This document shows, one piece after another, positions 7,458-17,178 of a stretch of 64,000 bases of DNA; the stretch's first letter is position 1; every line of letters starts with the position of its first letter. The DNA comes from Candidatus Xenobia bacterium (GTDB lineage: Bacteria > Vulcanimicrobiota > Xenobia > Xenobiales > QWHO01). A program made the position numbers and the translations under genes. The notes under the pieces are model-generated. The model had not been told where the DNA came from. It worked only from the letters and a program-made list of their open reading frames with translations, and searched no databases. The DNA is taken from positions 32,001-96,000 of the forward strand of contig BTUM01000018.1 in NCBI GenBank assembly GCA_045863235.1, written 5' to 3'.

Positions 7458-10400
7458 TTAACGCGTAATGCCGAACGGGCTGTTGAACCCCGCGAACGGA
7501 GAACCCGTGATGGCGGTCAGTGCGGCTGTGGTCGGGTCCACCAGGAAGGCGGCCAACCGGGTCGAGGCGGTAACGTAGAGGCCGAACTGACCTCCGGTGA
7601 GGTTGAGGTCGGCAAACTGGTGCGGGTTTGCATTCCCGACCGGGACGGGAGCGCCAAGCGAGACCGGCTGACCGGCAGCATTGATGCTGAAAGCGGAGAT
7701 GGTGTCCTCCGGCGGACCGTTGGCGCAGAACAGCAGGTTCCCGACCACGGGATGCACCAGGTGGTGAAGAGCGCCGCTGGCCGCGCCTCCGGAAGGAACG
7801 CTTCCCAGGAAGCTCAGGCCGCCGGTAGCCAGATTGATGTCGAAGGCCGAAATCGTATCCGGAGCCGGGCCCTGGTTAGTGATATAGAGCCTGCTCCCGA
7901 CCACGGCCAGGCCTCCCGGATTCACGCCGACCCCGATGGGAGTTACCGGGCCCGGAGTCAAGAGCCCGGTCGCATTGTCGTAACTGAAGGAATGGACGTT
8001 GTTTCCGCCTCCGTTCCCCTGGATGACGAACAGGAGGTCGGGGCCCCCGCCGGTCGAGGCGCGGAACGCCAGCTCGTTGGGCTGCGAGCCGCCGGGAATG
8101 GGAACGGAGTTGGTGCTCAGCACATTGCCGGTGCTCGGGTCGAGGCGAATCGCGTAGACGTTGGCCTCGAACTCGGCCAGCACGAACACGGCATTCACCC
8201 CGTTGCTGGCGATGTGCAGCGGATTGAAGTTGGTGCTGAAGGGAGGGGCCGTTGGAGAACTGGCCGCCGGAGTCAAGGTCCCGGTCACCGAGTCATAATG
8301 GAAGACGCTGAGTTGGCAAGCTCCCGTCGCTTCCACGAGATCGGCACAGACGATCAGGTTCGACACCCTTTCGACTGCGTGCGTGCGGCCACTGGTCGCG
8401 AAGGGAGAGCCCGAGACAAGGACCGGAACGCCCCCCGAATCGACAGCCAGAGAATTGACCCCTCCGGTCCCGCTGTTGTCGTTGGCCACGAAGAGGTGAC
8501 CTACCAGAGCCATGCCAGGGTTCAACCTTACGTCGAACGCCTGCGTCGAAGCCGAGCCCAGCCCGGGGCTGGTGGCCAGAAGCACCCTGGAAAACCTCTC
8601 GGTATCCAACCTGAGGTTGTCGAACACGGCCACGCCGTTGACGGCCCTGCGCACCAGTTGGCCGCTTAGAGTGCCGTCAAATCCGGCGGCACTCTGGACG
8701 ATGGCCAGAGTGATCTCGTTGGTCGCTCCGGCCACCCGGCCATTGAGGTCCCAGACTTCTACAGTCAGGGTGAAAGGAGCGTTGGGGGCAACACTCGCCG
8801 GCGGCTGGCCGGTGACGACCAGGCGGACGGGTCCGAAGACCGTCACCTCCGCATCTGCAATCTCGTTGTCCAAAATCGCGCAAACTCTGGTCGTGCCGGC
8901 GGCCCGGGCCGTGGCCTGACCGTTGGCCCCGAACGAAAGAACCTCCGGGCGCAGGGAGATCCAGCGAACCCGATTCGTAAGGTCGCGAGACGAGCCGTCC
9001 ATGAAGACCCCCACCGCCCTGAACCCTGCGGTGGTCCCTTGATTGAGAGAAGCCGGCGATTGGATGCTCAAGCTCTGCAAGGCCGGATCCTGGACGAACA
9101 GGTCAACCCAGGTCCGGTTGCCTCCGAAGGAGGCCTCGATGTTCGTCCTTCCGGCCGCCAGGCCGGTCGCAAGTCCACCGCCCTCGATGCTGGCGACGGT
9201 CGCATCGCTGGAAGTGAAACGGGACTGGGAGGTGACCTCACGGACCGAGCCGTCGAGCAAGGTGCCGAGCACCCTGAAGGCGACCGTGGCACCGATCCCG
9301 ATGTAGTGGCCGACGGGCTCTCGATCCGTGATCGGCCGCGGCAGAAGTTGGAGGTGGCTTCCCGGAGGATACTCAATGGTGAACCGAGCGCTGCCGTCCT
9401 TCGCCTTCACGCGGGGAGAAGTGGGAAACGGAATGAGGGTGGGCCCGGACGGATTCAAGGTGGCGGTCACCGTGACCTGACCCGGGAATTCCCCACGCAA
9501 AAACTTCCCATCTAGAGAGGCGACTTCGCTGGCCTCGATCGAAAAGGCGGCCGAGTTCGTGACATCCTGGATCTCCCCGTCGCTCCAGGTCGCCGTGGCT
9601 CGAAGCGGGGCCACTTCGCCGGGCCGCAGCGGCCCCAGAAACTCGGTCTGCGAGACCTCGGGGGGCGCTCCCGGCGGAGCCAATTGGTCGCGCAGCGGCT
9701 CGCGAAGACTCACCGTGACTCTATCGACGGTGGGAGGCACGACCTGGATGAAGCCCTGGGTGGAGGCACCGCTAGGGTGTCGGCAAGTGATGATCACCAA
9801 CCCGTCCTTGAGGGCTTCCACCCGCGTCTTCTTGCCTCGGGCCTTGAGAACTCGGACTACCGTAGGATCACTGCTCTCCCATAAGCCAACGGCCGGGCTG
9901 AAAGGAGCTCCCTGGGCGAACGCGCCTTCTGCCTCCAACTCGAGGATCCGACCGATTCGCAAAAGCGTGGGCTGTTGGTCGAGCGCCTTGACGCTCATCG
10001 AAATGGGCAGGCGGGGATTCTCAAATGTCTTCCCCTGGAGAACGCGGTTGTCCGGGGGACCCTGGAAGTAGGATTTGTCCTTGCCAACCTGTTCCGTGAC
10101 GTCCACGGCCGAACGGTTGGACAGGTCCACGGCAAAACTGGTCCACTGGTGGTTGGCGGTCCACTGGAGAACGTGCTGCAGGGTGGACTCGAGAGTTGGA
10201 ACCTGGCCGCCGGTATCCGGGTAGCGGGTCTGCAAGCGTACCCGCAGCACATCCTGGCGAAGGGAGAGGTCATTGATGGCGATGGGTTGAGGAAACCCCG
10301 GCAAGCTCTGGAAGAACTTCGTCTTCGTGATGTCGGTCTTGATCTCCAGGAACCGCAGGTCGAAGTCGATATCGCTCTCCGGCGGCGTCACGACCTCGCC

Positions 10401-11429
10401 GGTCATGTTGCTGGCGTTGAATTCCTGGATCTGCGCCTGGCTGGAAAAGACGAACGCCTGGGAAATGTTGCCCGTGCGCGGGTCCGGGTAGCCCGTGAAG
10501 TAGCGCTGACCGAGCCGCGTCTCAACGCCCCAGTGCTCTTCGGGTTTCTCAGACTCCCTGTTTCCACCAGCAATCTTGAACTTGCAGGGAGTTTCAATGG
10601 ACCCGTTCCAGCGCAAGAAGAGTTGGCATTCGACGACCGGCGTGATGGCTCCCATAGGAGCCAGGTTAAAGGTTAGCGGCTTACACAGGTCAACTGTGCC
10701 GCCGCCTTCAGCGTCACTGACGGCTTCGAATTCAACATCGGCTCTGCAATGGCTGAACGGAACCAGGGAGAACTCAGCCACGCCTCCCCCTGCAACGTTG
10801 GCATCAGGCCGAACCAGGACGGACTGCTCGAAACCGTAAATGAGCTCGGCTTTGCCTTTCAGAAGACCGACGACCTGGCCGGTGTCATCCAGAACGGGGA
10901 CCTTGCCGAAGTCGATCTGAATCACCGGCGATGCGACGGCCCCGTCGGTCTCGTGGCGACCCTGAACCGTAGAGGCACTCAAGGTCAAGCCCGGGACAGC
11001 CGGCTCGAGTCGAGCCAGGACCTCGGACCCGATGAGCTGGGTTTGCTGGATATTGGCTGAGCTGTAGATTTCGGTCAGCCCGGCTGGTACGGTCTGCACC
11101 AGGGTCTGGGGGCCGTTCTGCTGGACGCTGACGACCTTGCGCTCGAAGACGAAGTCTCCCTCGTTCTTGATGATCACGGTATCGGGAACCAGCTCGGGAA
11201 CATTGCCGCCGAGGGTGACCGAGCTCTCCTCCACACTCACCACGGTGACATCCGGCCCCAGAATCAGGACGTTCCGCTGGAGGACGAACTCATTGGTGGC
11301 GGTGGTCACCAGACCGTCCGGCGAAGTGACCGGACCTTGCGCGCCGCCTGCCCCACTTCCCCCACTGCACCCGACGAAACAAAGGCAAGCAAGAGAGAGC
11401 AGACAAAGCCTGAGGAATGAATAGCGCAC
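7458..11429 (-). CDS. Large surface lipoprotein with Big_2 Ig-like repeats and a C-terminal beta-propeller
   Basis: Lipobox FVG-C. Repeats such as ATATWSDGEIQDVT and GTLLDGSVREVTSQSRFTSSDATVASI..GLATGLAAGRTNIEAS. C-terminal GSPF-containing lactonase-like blades. Confidence 0.8.
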   Translation of the reverse strand: MRYSFLRLCLLSLACLCFVGCSGGSGAGGAQGPVTSPDGLVTTATNEFVLQRNVLILGPDVTVVSVEESSVTLGGNVPELVPDTVIIKNEGDFVFERKVVSVQQNGPQTLVQTVPAGLTEIYSSANIQQTQLIGSEVLARLEPAVPGLTLSASTVQGRHETDGAVASPVIQIDFGKVPVLDDTGQVVGLLKGKAELIYGFEQSVLVRPDANVAGGGVAEFSLVPFSHCRADVEFEAVSDAEGGGTVDLCKPLTFNLAPMGAITPVVECQLFLRWNGSIETPCKFKIAGGNRESEKPEEHWGVETRLGQRYFTGYPDPRTGNISQAFVFSSQAQIQEFNASNMTGEVVTPPESDIDFDLRFLEIKTDITKTKFFQSLPGFPQPIAINDLSLRQDVLRVRLQTRYPDTGGQVPTLESTLQHVLQWTANHQWTSFAVDLSNRSAVDVTEQVGKDKSYFQGPPDNRVLQGKTFENPRLPISMSVKALDQQPTLLRIGRILELEAEGAFAQGAPFSPAVGLWESSDPTVVRVLKARGKKTRVEALKDGLVIITCRHPSGASTQGFIQVVPPTVDRVTVSLREPLRDQLAPPGAPPEVSQTEFLGPLRPGEVAPLRATATWSDGEIQDVTNSAAFSIEASEVASLDGKFLRGEFPGQVTVTATLNPSGPTLIPFPTSPRVKAKDGSARFTIEYPPGSHLQLLPRPITDREPVGHYIGIGATVAFRVLGTLLDGSVREVTSQSRFTSSDATVASIEGGGLATGLAAGRTNIEASFGGNRTWVDLFVQDPALQSLSIQSPASLNQGTTAGFRAVGVFMDGSSRDLTNRVRWISLRPEVLSFGANGQATARAAGTTRVCAILDNEIADAEVTVFGPVRLVVTGQPPASVAPNAPFTLTVEVWDLNGRVAGATNEITLAIVQSAAGFDGTLSGQLVRRAVNGVAVFDNLRLDTERFSRVLLATSPGLGSASTQAFDVRLNPGMALVGHLFVANDNSGTGGVNSLAVDSGGVPVLVSGSPFATSGRTHAVERVSNLIVCADLVEATGACQLSVFHYDSVTGTLTPAASSPTAPPFSTNFNPLHIASNGVNAVFVLAEFEANVYAIRLDPSTGNVLSTNSVPIPGGSQPNELAFRASTGGGPDLLFVIQGNGGGNNVHSFSYDNATGLLTPGPVTPIGVGVNPGGLAVVGSRLYITNQGPAPDTISAFDINLATGGLSFLGSVPSGGAASGALHHLVHPVVGNLLFCANGPPEDTISAFSINAAGQPVSLGAPVPVGNANPHQFADLNLTGGQFGLYVTASTRLAAFLVDPTTAALTAITGSPFAGFNSPFGITR

Positions 11430-11792
11430 GCCAACGACTCCCCGGTGGAAGGGCGTGCCAGTCGGTAGCCGGGCCCCTCTTAAAGTGCCCCGACCATTCG
11501 AGGCGCCGAGTGCTATCCCTTCCCCGCGACTACCGCGCTGTTCCGTTTCAGGCCATCTTCGGAATGGGCCGCCCCGCCAGCGGCAGCGCCCGCCAGCGGT
11601 TGGCCGTGTCCACCAGGCAAGTCTTCAAGGACCGCTGAGCTGGCTTGGATGGGGGACGACCGGGTGTTCATAATCTGGCAAGAAACCTGTTACTTTTTGT
11701 TTACTTGAAGGGGAACGACCTCGGGGTGCTTCCGGTTTTGACCTTCGAACGGCGCTGAGCAAGGCGCGATACGACGAAGGAGGAACTTCCCC

Positions 11793-11990
11793 ATGATCGA
11801 CTCCATCCGCGGCCTCAACTCCAACTACGGCAGCTACAGCCCCTCGGCGCTTTCGGGAGCCGGCTCTTCCTCGGGCGTGGGCTCCGCCGGCTCGGGCGAG
11901 GGAGGGGGGTGCTGCTGCTCGTGCAGCAGCCACGGGGACAGCCTCTCGCTCTCGCCCGAGGCGATGGAGCTGATGATGATGCAGCAGTGA
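11793..11990 (+). CDS. Small Ser/Gly-rich protein with a CCCSC cluster (65 aa)
   Basis: AAGGAGG RBS, AT-rich upstream region and an immediate downstream terminator. Contains DSLSLSPEA. Confidence 0.7.
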   Translation: MIDSIRGLNSNYGSYSPSALSGAGSSSGVGSAGSGEGGGCCCSCSSHGDSLSLSPEAMELMMMQQ

Positions 11991-12004
11991 CCTGCGCGAG
12001 CATC

Positions 12005-12033
12005 GGGCCGGCCTCTTCAGGCCGGCCCTTTTT
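12005..12033 (+). terminator. Rho-independent terminator
   Basis: GGGCCGGCCT-cttc-AGGCCGGCCC perfect 10-bp stem followed by TTTTT. Confidence 0.9.
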
Positions 12034-12075
12034 GCGTTCAAGGGCGTTTTCGGCGGGGCGTCGAAGGCCCGGGCC

Positions 12076-12465
12076 ATGAACTGCCCACGCTGCAATGTGC
12101 CCCTCAAGACCGTCGAGGCGGGCGGCGTCCAGGTCGACATGTGCCCTCAGTGCGAGGGCAGCTGGTATGATCTGGCCGAGCTGAACCGCATGTTCGCCCT
12201 GCAGGACAGGACCCTCCAGCCCAGCGGCCTGGCCGTCCCCCGCACCCGCGCGGCCGATCTGGATCGGCCGGTGGCCTGCCTCAAGTGCTCGCAGGAGATG
12301 GAGCGCGGGCGCTACCTCTCCGACTGCGACGTGCTGGTGGACCGCTGCCCCGAGCACGGCATCTGGCTCGACGGAGGCGAGCTCAAGGCCCTGCTCGACC
12401 ACATGGCCGGCACGGTCCAAGAGAAGCCCGGCCTGCTGCAGGCTCTGCGCAAGCTCTTCGGCTGA
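12076..12465 (+). CDS. zf-TFIIB double zinc-ribbon protein
   Basis: CPRC...VDMCPQCEGSWYD..EL and CLKC...VDRCPEHGIWLDGGEL repeats. Confidence 0.85.
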   Translation: MNCPRCNVPLKTVEAGGVQVDMCPQCEGSWYDLAELNRMFALQDRTLQPSGLAVPRTRAADLDRPVACLKCSQEMERGRYLSDCDVLVDRCPEHGIWLDGGELKALLDHMAGTVQEKPGLLQALRKLFG

Positions 12466-12468
12466 CTT

Positions 12469-12969
12469 CTATAAGCTGCCTCGATCGGTCCAGTTGAGGT
12501 ATTCCCAGAGAGTGGGGTTGGGGTTGCCCGGGTTGCCCCGCTCGCCTGGCAAGACATCCAGCTCGGCCTGCAGGGTGCGCGTGGACACCACCGTTCCGGC
12601 GCGCAGCACGCGACCCTCGGCGGTGATCAACAGCACCCCGTAAGGAGGGCCGGCCCAGCGGCTGTCCACCGTAACCGAGCAGTTGCCCAGCCGGGTGACT
12701 CCGTCCAGGTCGAAGATTTCCTCGGTATAGCTGAACCAGGACTGGTCCTGGGCGCTCTTGGGGGGAAACTCAATGTCTTTACTCAGTTTGGCCCGGCAGC
12801 GCTCCAGGCCGGCCCAGGCCAGACCCAGGGCTTGTTGCGACAGGGCTGCCTGGGTCGAGCTGCGGTAGCTAAAGACCTGCTTGCCGAGAAAGGCCATCCC
12901 CAGCACCAGCAGCAGCAGCACCAGAAACAGCACGATCATGAGGGCCGCGCCCCGCTTCAAGCCTCTCAT
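12469..12969 (-). CDS. PilX/GspK-like minor pilin
   Basis: KRG|AALMIVLFLV: class III signal lacking Glu+5, followed by QALGLAWAGLE. Confidence 0.75.
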   Translation of the reverse strand: MRGLKRGAALMIVLFLVLLLLVLGMAFLGKQVFSYRSSTQAALSQQALGLAWAGLERCRAKLSKDIEFPPKSAQDQSWFSYTEEIFDLDGVTRLGNCSVTVDSRWAGPPYGVLLITAEGRVLRAGTVVSTRTLQAELDVLPGERGNPGNPNPTLWEYLNWTDRGSL

Positions 12970-13526
12970 CGGAGCGGCAGAAAGACTTCCGTGCTCAGGT
13001 CCTGGAAGCGGCTCCCCTCGTCGATCCGTACGGTCACGTTCAGATTCTGGTCGGTGCCAATACTGGCTTGAAAGCCGGTGATCCCGCGAGCCAGCACTTC
13101 CGTCCGGGTGGTTCCATCGCTCTGGGTGGCCTCTCGCACCAGCGAGCCACCAACGACGTGAAAGCGAACCCTGGTCAGATCCGCGGGGTCGGCCGGATCC
13201 CAGCCGCCGACACCGAGGGGCCAGGGGAGGCGAGAGTTCACTGCCTCCGGGTCGATCCGGTCGAAGGTCACGGTGGACTCGACGGTGGCCCCCGCGGGCT
13301 CGATCAGGTTCACTCCCTGACGGGTCTCGCAGCGGATGCGGTCCAGGGCCACCTGCATCACGTTCAAGGTTCGCTCCTTGCCGCTGTCAAAGAGCATCAG
13401 GTTGGTATAGCGAGAGGACAAAGTTCCCACCACGGCCAGGAAGGCGGCCATCAGAGCGGTGGCCACGATGGCCTCCAGAAGGGTGAAGGCCCGACTATTG
13501 CAGGTTGAGCGGTACGGTCTGTTCAT
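12966..13526 (-). CDS. Prepilin-type minor pilin (PilW/GspJ-like)
   Basis: SRA|FTLLEAIVATAL N-terminal cleavage/methylation motif; overlaps its neighbours. Confidence 0.8.
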   Translation of the reverse strand: MNRPYRSTCNSRAFTLLEAIVATALMAAFLAVVGTLSSRYTNLMLFDSGKERTLNVMQVALDRIRCETRQGVNLIEPAGATVESTVTFDRIDPEAVNSRLPWPLGVGGWDPADPADLTRVRFHVVGGSLVREATQSDGTTRTEVLARGITGFQASIGTDQNLNVTVRIDEGSRFQDLSTEVFLPLR

Positions 13527-14274
13527 ACACATCCCCGAGATAGCGTGCTCGTGCCGTGACCCGGCAAAGACCCGGCCGAGGGATCAGAGTCTGGGTTCGC
13601 GGGTCGTAGAAGTGGTGCTTGACCGCCTGGCGGCGTCCATCACGGGTGCTCAGGCTCGGGTCAGGGGTGGCGTTGCCGGTCACGCCCACCACCTCCCAGC
13701 TGAAGGTGACGTCCTTGATTTCTGCCCCGCCGCTATCACGCAGTTGGGCCTCGTACTCCACCACGCCCAGAGGGGGAACCGGGTCCGGCGGCCCTCCCAC
13801 CCGATTGATGACCAGGGTTTGAGCCTGGCGTCTCGGCTCGGCCACCTCGGTCACCACCGTCACCTCTCGACTCGGCCCCCCGCCTTCCCAGCTGACCCGG
13901 ATGCGCACCGGCACGAGGGTGCTGGAGAGCTTGCGTTGAGCCGGGGCGTGCATATCCTCGATGCTCTGGCAGGGGGACATGATTTCGCGTCCGGCCGGAA
14001 TGCAGTCGGTCCGAATGGTGAACTGGGGCTCATCGGTCTCGCTCCAGGTGACCCCGTTGTAGGCTCCCCAACCGGTGGCGAACAGGGCGGGGTCGCGTGC
14101 GAAGGCGCGGATCCGGTCGGTAATGCGGTCGGCCAGCATGACCGCTCGGGCCAGCTTCTCGGCCCGCCGGTGCTCGCGCAGCGAGCTGTCGAACAGGGTC
14201 ACAACCACCAGCACCGAGGAGGCCAGCACGAACAGGGCCACCACGGTCTCGGCCAGGCTGAACCCGCGCTTCAC
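13495..14274 (-). CDS. Prepilin-type minor pilin (PilV/GspI-like) with C-terminal extension
   Basis: MKRG|FSLAETVVALFVL. GTGA overlap with the upstream stop at 14271-14274. Confidence 0.8.
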   Translation of the reverse strand: MKRGFSLAETVVALFVLASSVLVVVTLFDSSLREHRRAEKLARAVMLADRITDRIRAFARDPALFATGWGAYNGVTWSETDEPQFTIRTDCIPAGREIMSPCQSIEDMHAPAQRKLSSTLVPVRIRVSWEGGGPSREVTVVTEVAEPRRQAQTLVINRVGGPPDPVPPLGVVEYEAQLRDSGGAEIKDVTFSWEVVGVTGNATPDPSLSTRDGRRQAVKHHFYDPRTQTLIPRPGLCRVTARARYLGDVYEQTVPLNLQ

Positions 14275-16262
14275 GGGGCCCAGCACGGGTTCTTGTTGAC
14301 TCCCGCCGTGTTCGTTAGACGCTGGACCTGGGTCCCGTCGCTGTTCATGATGAAGATGTCCGAACCGCCGGAACGATCGGAGGCGAAGGCGATCTTGCTG
14401 CCATTGGGAGACCAGGTGGGAGCCCAGTCGCTGAAGGTGTCCGCGGTCAGATTGGTGCGCGCACCCAGAGCACCAGGCGCATAGTCTGCCACCCAGATGT
14501 CCCGGTTGGCCGACTCGGTGGATTCGAAGGCGAGCCGGGTGCCATCCGGGGAACAGGCGGCATCGTTGTGATCCCAGCCGTTGGCCGTGAGGGGCAGGGA
14601 GGTCCCGTCCAGGCGTCGCTCAAAGAGCTGCTGGTTGCCTGCGTTGGGTAAGTTGACCACGAAGCCTGCGGTGGGCGAGGTGAGGTCGTCTGGACGCCAA
14701 CCGGTGGTGCCCTGCTGGCCGGCCAGGGAGGTGGCGCCCAGCAGGTCCGGCTCGCGGAGCGAGGGATTGCTCGGCTTGCTGCCGTCAGAGTTGATCCAGT
14801 AGGTGTGCCAGCCACCGCCCGTCCTCCCCAGGAAGGAGATGCGGGTGCCGTCGGCCGACCAGCTCGGGGAGACGCACTCGAGAATCGTCGCCCAGGCTCC
14901 GCTTCCGTTCGTGTCCGTCAACCGTCGAAGACCGGTGCCATCCTCGTTGAGCACCACCAGATTGCCTGCCCCCATGAAACAGCTTTCGGCCACCAGCTTG
15001 CGACCGTCGGGAGAGAAGCGGGGCCGGGTGAAATAGCAGCCGAACTGGCCCTCGTTTCCGGTGATGCGGCGCTGGTTGCTACCGTCCCCATTCATGATGT
15101 AGAGCTGCGGGGCACCTCCATCCCGGGTGCTGTCGAAAGCGATCTTGCCCAGCCGGGTCAGCTCGACCTTGCCGGCGGCTCCCAGTGTTGCGGTGGAGCT
15201 GGCGCCGCGCTCGTCGGTCACGGTGCAGGTCAGCGTGACCACGTCGCCCGGTGCCAGGGCTGGCGGGGGAGGAGGCATCCAGGTCCAGATCGAGCGCCAG
15301 GCGCCGGCTCCTGCGTTGAGGGCCTGGTCCCACTCCATGTCGACCGCCGTGGAGGAAAAGGCTCCCCCCCGGTCACTTGTCCAGTTCACTCGGACTTTAT
15401 CGCCCTCGGCGTCATGGACCTCGGCGACCAGTGTGAGATGGCCTTCGTCCAGGTCCACGGTGGCGTCCGCTCCCGGGGGGAGGGTGGTCGAGTTGGGCCG
15501 GGGATAGAACTGGATCGCCACGCTGGGCGGGGTGTTGCCCAGCGCCGGTATGGCGGGTGGCGGGGCCGGCGCGGGCATGGCCAGGGTGGAACTGGCCAGC
15601 ACCTGCGAGGCATCGCTTCCCAACAGGCCCGGAGTGACACTGATCTCGCCGGCGCTGGTCAGGGTTACCGTCTGGGGCGCAAACACCTGCGAGATGGCGA
15701 AGCTGGCGGTGGAGCCCACGCTGGCGGGGGCCCAGCTGGCTCCTTCGCAGATCAAGATGTGGTAAGCCTGATCGAAGGCGACCCGATCGGAGACAACCCC
15801 TCCCGAAGGGGTGAAGACGAAGGTGTGGTCGCCCGGGCGGGGATGGTTCCAATCGCTCAGACTGAAGCCAGCTTCGGCGTTGGAGCTCAGCGAGCTGCTG
15901 CCAGGTGCGTTGGTGCCCGAGGTCAGCGCCCAGTGTCCGATGTAGATGTAGACGTCAGGCATCTCGGAAGCGAAGTGCTGCACCCGCAGGATGCGCGGGT
16001 TCTCGTTACCACTCAAAAGGTAAAGCGACTGGCTGTGGGGCAGGCTGACGCCTGCGCCGGGAAACACGACCGCCACGGGCTCCTTGCGGGAGATGGCCAG
16101 CTGGCGGGCGACCTTCAGCTCTCCCGCCACCCGCTCGGCCAGGGCCCGCGAGCTGGCCCGGGAGATGCCTCCCCGAAAGGAGAGAACCGCCAGCCCCAGC
16201 AGAAAGGCGAGCATGACCACGGTGATCACTACCTCGAGCATCGAGAAGCCGCGTCGGGTCAT
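14271..16262 (-). CDS. Prepilin-type (FimT/GspH-like) protein fused to an Ig-like domain and a TolB/PD40 beta-propeller
   Basis: RRG|FSMLEVVI at the N-terminus. C-terminal repeats PRFSPDGRKL, PSWSADGTRI, ACSPDGTRL and PTWSPNGSKIAFASDR. Confidence 0.85.
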   Translation of the reverse strand: MTRRGFSMLEVVITVVMLAFLLGLAVLSFRGGISRASSRALAERVAGELKVARQLAISRKEPVAVVFPGAGVSLPHSQSLYLLSGNENPRILRVQHFASEMPDVYIYIGHWALTSGTNAPGSSSLSSNAEAGFSLSDWNHPRPGDHTFVFTPSGGVVSDRVAFDQAYHILICEGASWAPASVGSTASFAISQVFAPQTVTLTSAGEISVTPGLLGSDASQVLASSTLAMPAPAPPPAIPALGNTPPSVAIQFYPRPNSTTLPPGADATVDLDEGHLTLVAEVHDAEGDKVRVNWTSDRGGAFSSTAVDMEWDQALNAGAGAWRSIWTWMPPPPPALAPGDVVTLTCTVTDERGASSTATLGAAGKVELTRLGKIAFDSTRDGGAPQLYIMNGDGSNQRRITGNEGQFGCYFTRPRFSPDGRKLVAESCFMGAGNLVVLNEDGTGLRRLTDTNGSGAWATILECVSPSWSADGTRISFLGRTGGGWHTYWINSDGSKPSNPSLREPDLLGATSLAGQQGTTGWRPDDLTSPTAGFVVNLPNAGNQQLFERRLDGTSLPLTANGWDHNDAACSPDGTRLAFESTESANRDIWVADYAPGALGARTNLTADTFSDWAPTWSPNGSKIAFASDRSGGSDIFIMNSDGTQVQRLTNTAGVNKNPCWAP

Positions 16263-16277
16263 CCGGACAGGTCTCCT

Positions 16278-16739
16278 TCAGTGGTGCTTGTGGGGTACAG
16301 CCCGGCTCACTCTCCGGGGTGCGAATGAAGGGGGTTGCTTCTTGAATTCTAGCACAGGAAGTTGCAGGCTGAGGGGATCGCCGCCGACCTGCAGGCCGCG
16401 GAGCACGATGCTCTGACAGCCGGGCAGGCGGGCTTCCACGCGGACCGAGCCTGGCAAACGATCGGGGGAGGTTTTGAGAGTGAGCTCTTGCTGGAACTGT
16501 CCAGGCTTCAAGTCGATGACAGTCAGATCGCAGGGCAGCTCGGGAAAGTGCAGCAACAGAGTCGCCTTCTCGGAGGAGGCTCCCACCGGGGCCTGCACCA
16601 CTCCCCGAAGCTGCAATACGACCTCGCGGGCCGCCGGCGGCCGCTCGATGCGAGCCTCGGCCGCGCTTCGTTGCCTCTCCCACAGGATGGAGACGATTCC
16701 GCCCAGGAGGATCAGTCCGCCCACGACCAGCGTGCGCAC
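16278..16739 (-). CDS. Hypothetical protein with an N-terminal membrane anchor
   Basis: Track ORF 16278..16850; the likely start is near GTG 16739 (GAGGAGG upstream). TM segment LVVGGLILLGGIVSILW. Lies directly upstream of the pilin cassette. Confidence 0.55.
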   Translation of the reverse strand: MRTLVVGGLILLGGIVSILWERQRSAAEARIERPPAAREVVLQLRGVVQAPVGASSEKATLLLHFPELPCDLTVIDLKPGQFQQELTLKTSPDRLPGSVRVEARLPGCQSIVLRGLQVGGDPLSLQLPVLEFKKQPPSFAPRRVSRAVPHKHH

Positions 16740-16830
16740 GTTGGAAGGCAAGTCGGGCCTCCTCTCTTGCAGGCACCCCCCGGATGGGTGTAGTTCCTGG
16801 AAATGGTGAGGACTCCTGTGATCGGTCCGG

Positions 16831-16994
16831 TCAGGCCGCCGGGGAGGCACCGCCCTCCTCGAGTCGGCTCAGTCTCTCTTCGACTCGGACCCGCCAGGCC
16901 TGATGCTCATCGATCTGGGCGGCCATTTCTTGGAGGGTCGCCTGGACCTTCTGCAGGTGGGTTCGAGGCGCTTGACTCTCTCTTCCAGGCTCAT
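16831..16994 (-). pseudogene. Small coiled-coil protein gene with an apparent 1-nt frameshift
   Basis: MSLEERVKRLE continues in another frame as HLQKVQATLQEMAAQIDEHQAWRVRVEERLSRLEEGGASPAA*. The span is 164 nt, one base short of 55 codons. Confidence 0.5.
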
Positions 16995-17113
16995 CGGAAA
17001 GAAGTTATCCACCCGGAGCCCATTTGCCTTCCAGGGGATTCGGGGCAGCAACATCCTCCCTTCGATCGACCGCATAGACGGGAAGTCTGCCCAGCACCCC
17101 TGTGCCCGGCTGG

Positions 17114-17178
17114 CTAGTCCTCCCGGGCCAGCCGCTGGCTGACCAGCGGCTCCCCGCAGCGCTCGGCAATGCGCCTGC
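17114..17178 (-). repeat. 65-bp imperfect direct repeat, copy 1 (orphan copy of the 3' end of the acyl-ligase fusion gene)
   Basis: Matches 23176..23240. 40 bp are identical (17139-17178 = 23201-23240). All 6 mismatches are silent; both copies encode RRIAERCGEPLVSQRLARED*. Confidence 0.95.

Noticed and set aside
11676..11692. Sigma-54-like promoter TGGCAAG-N4-CTGT (similar sequence at 52458)
   Set aside because: The -12 element is GT rather than GC; too weak to call without data.
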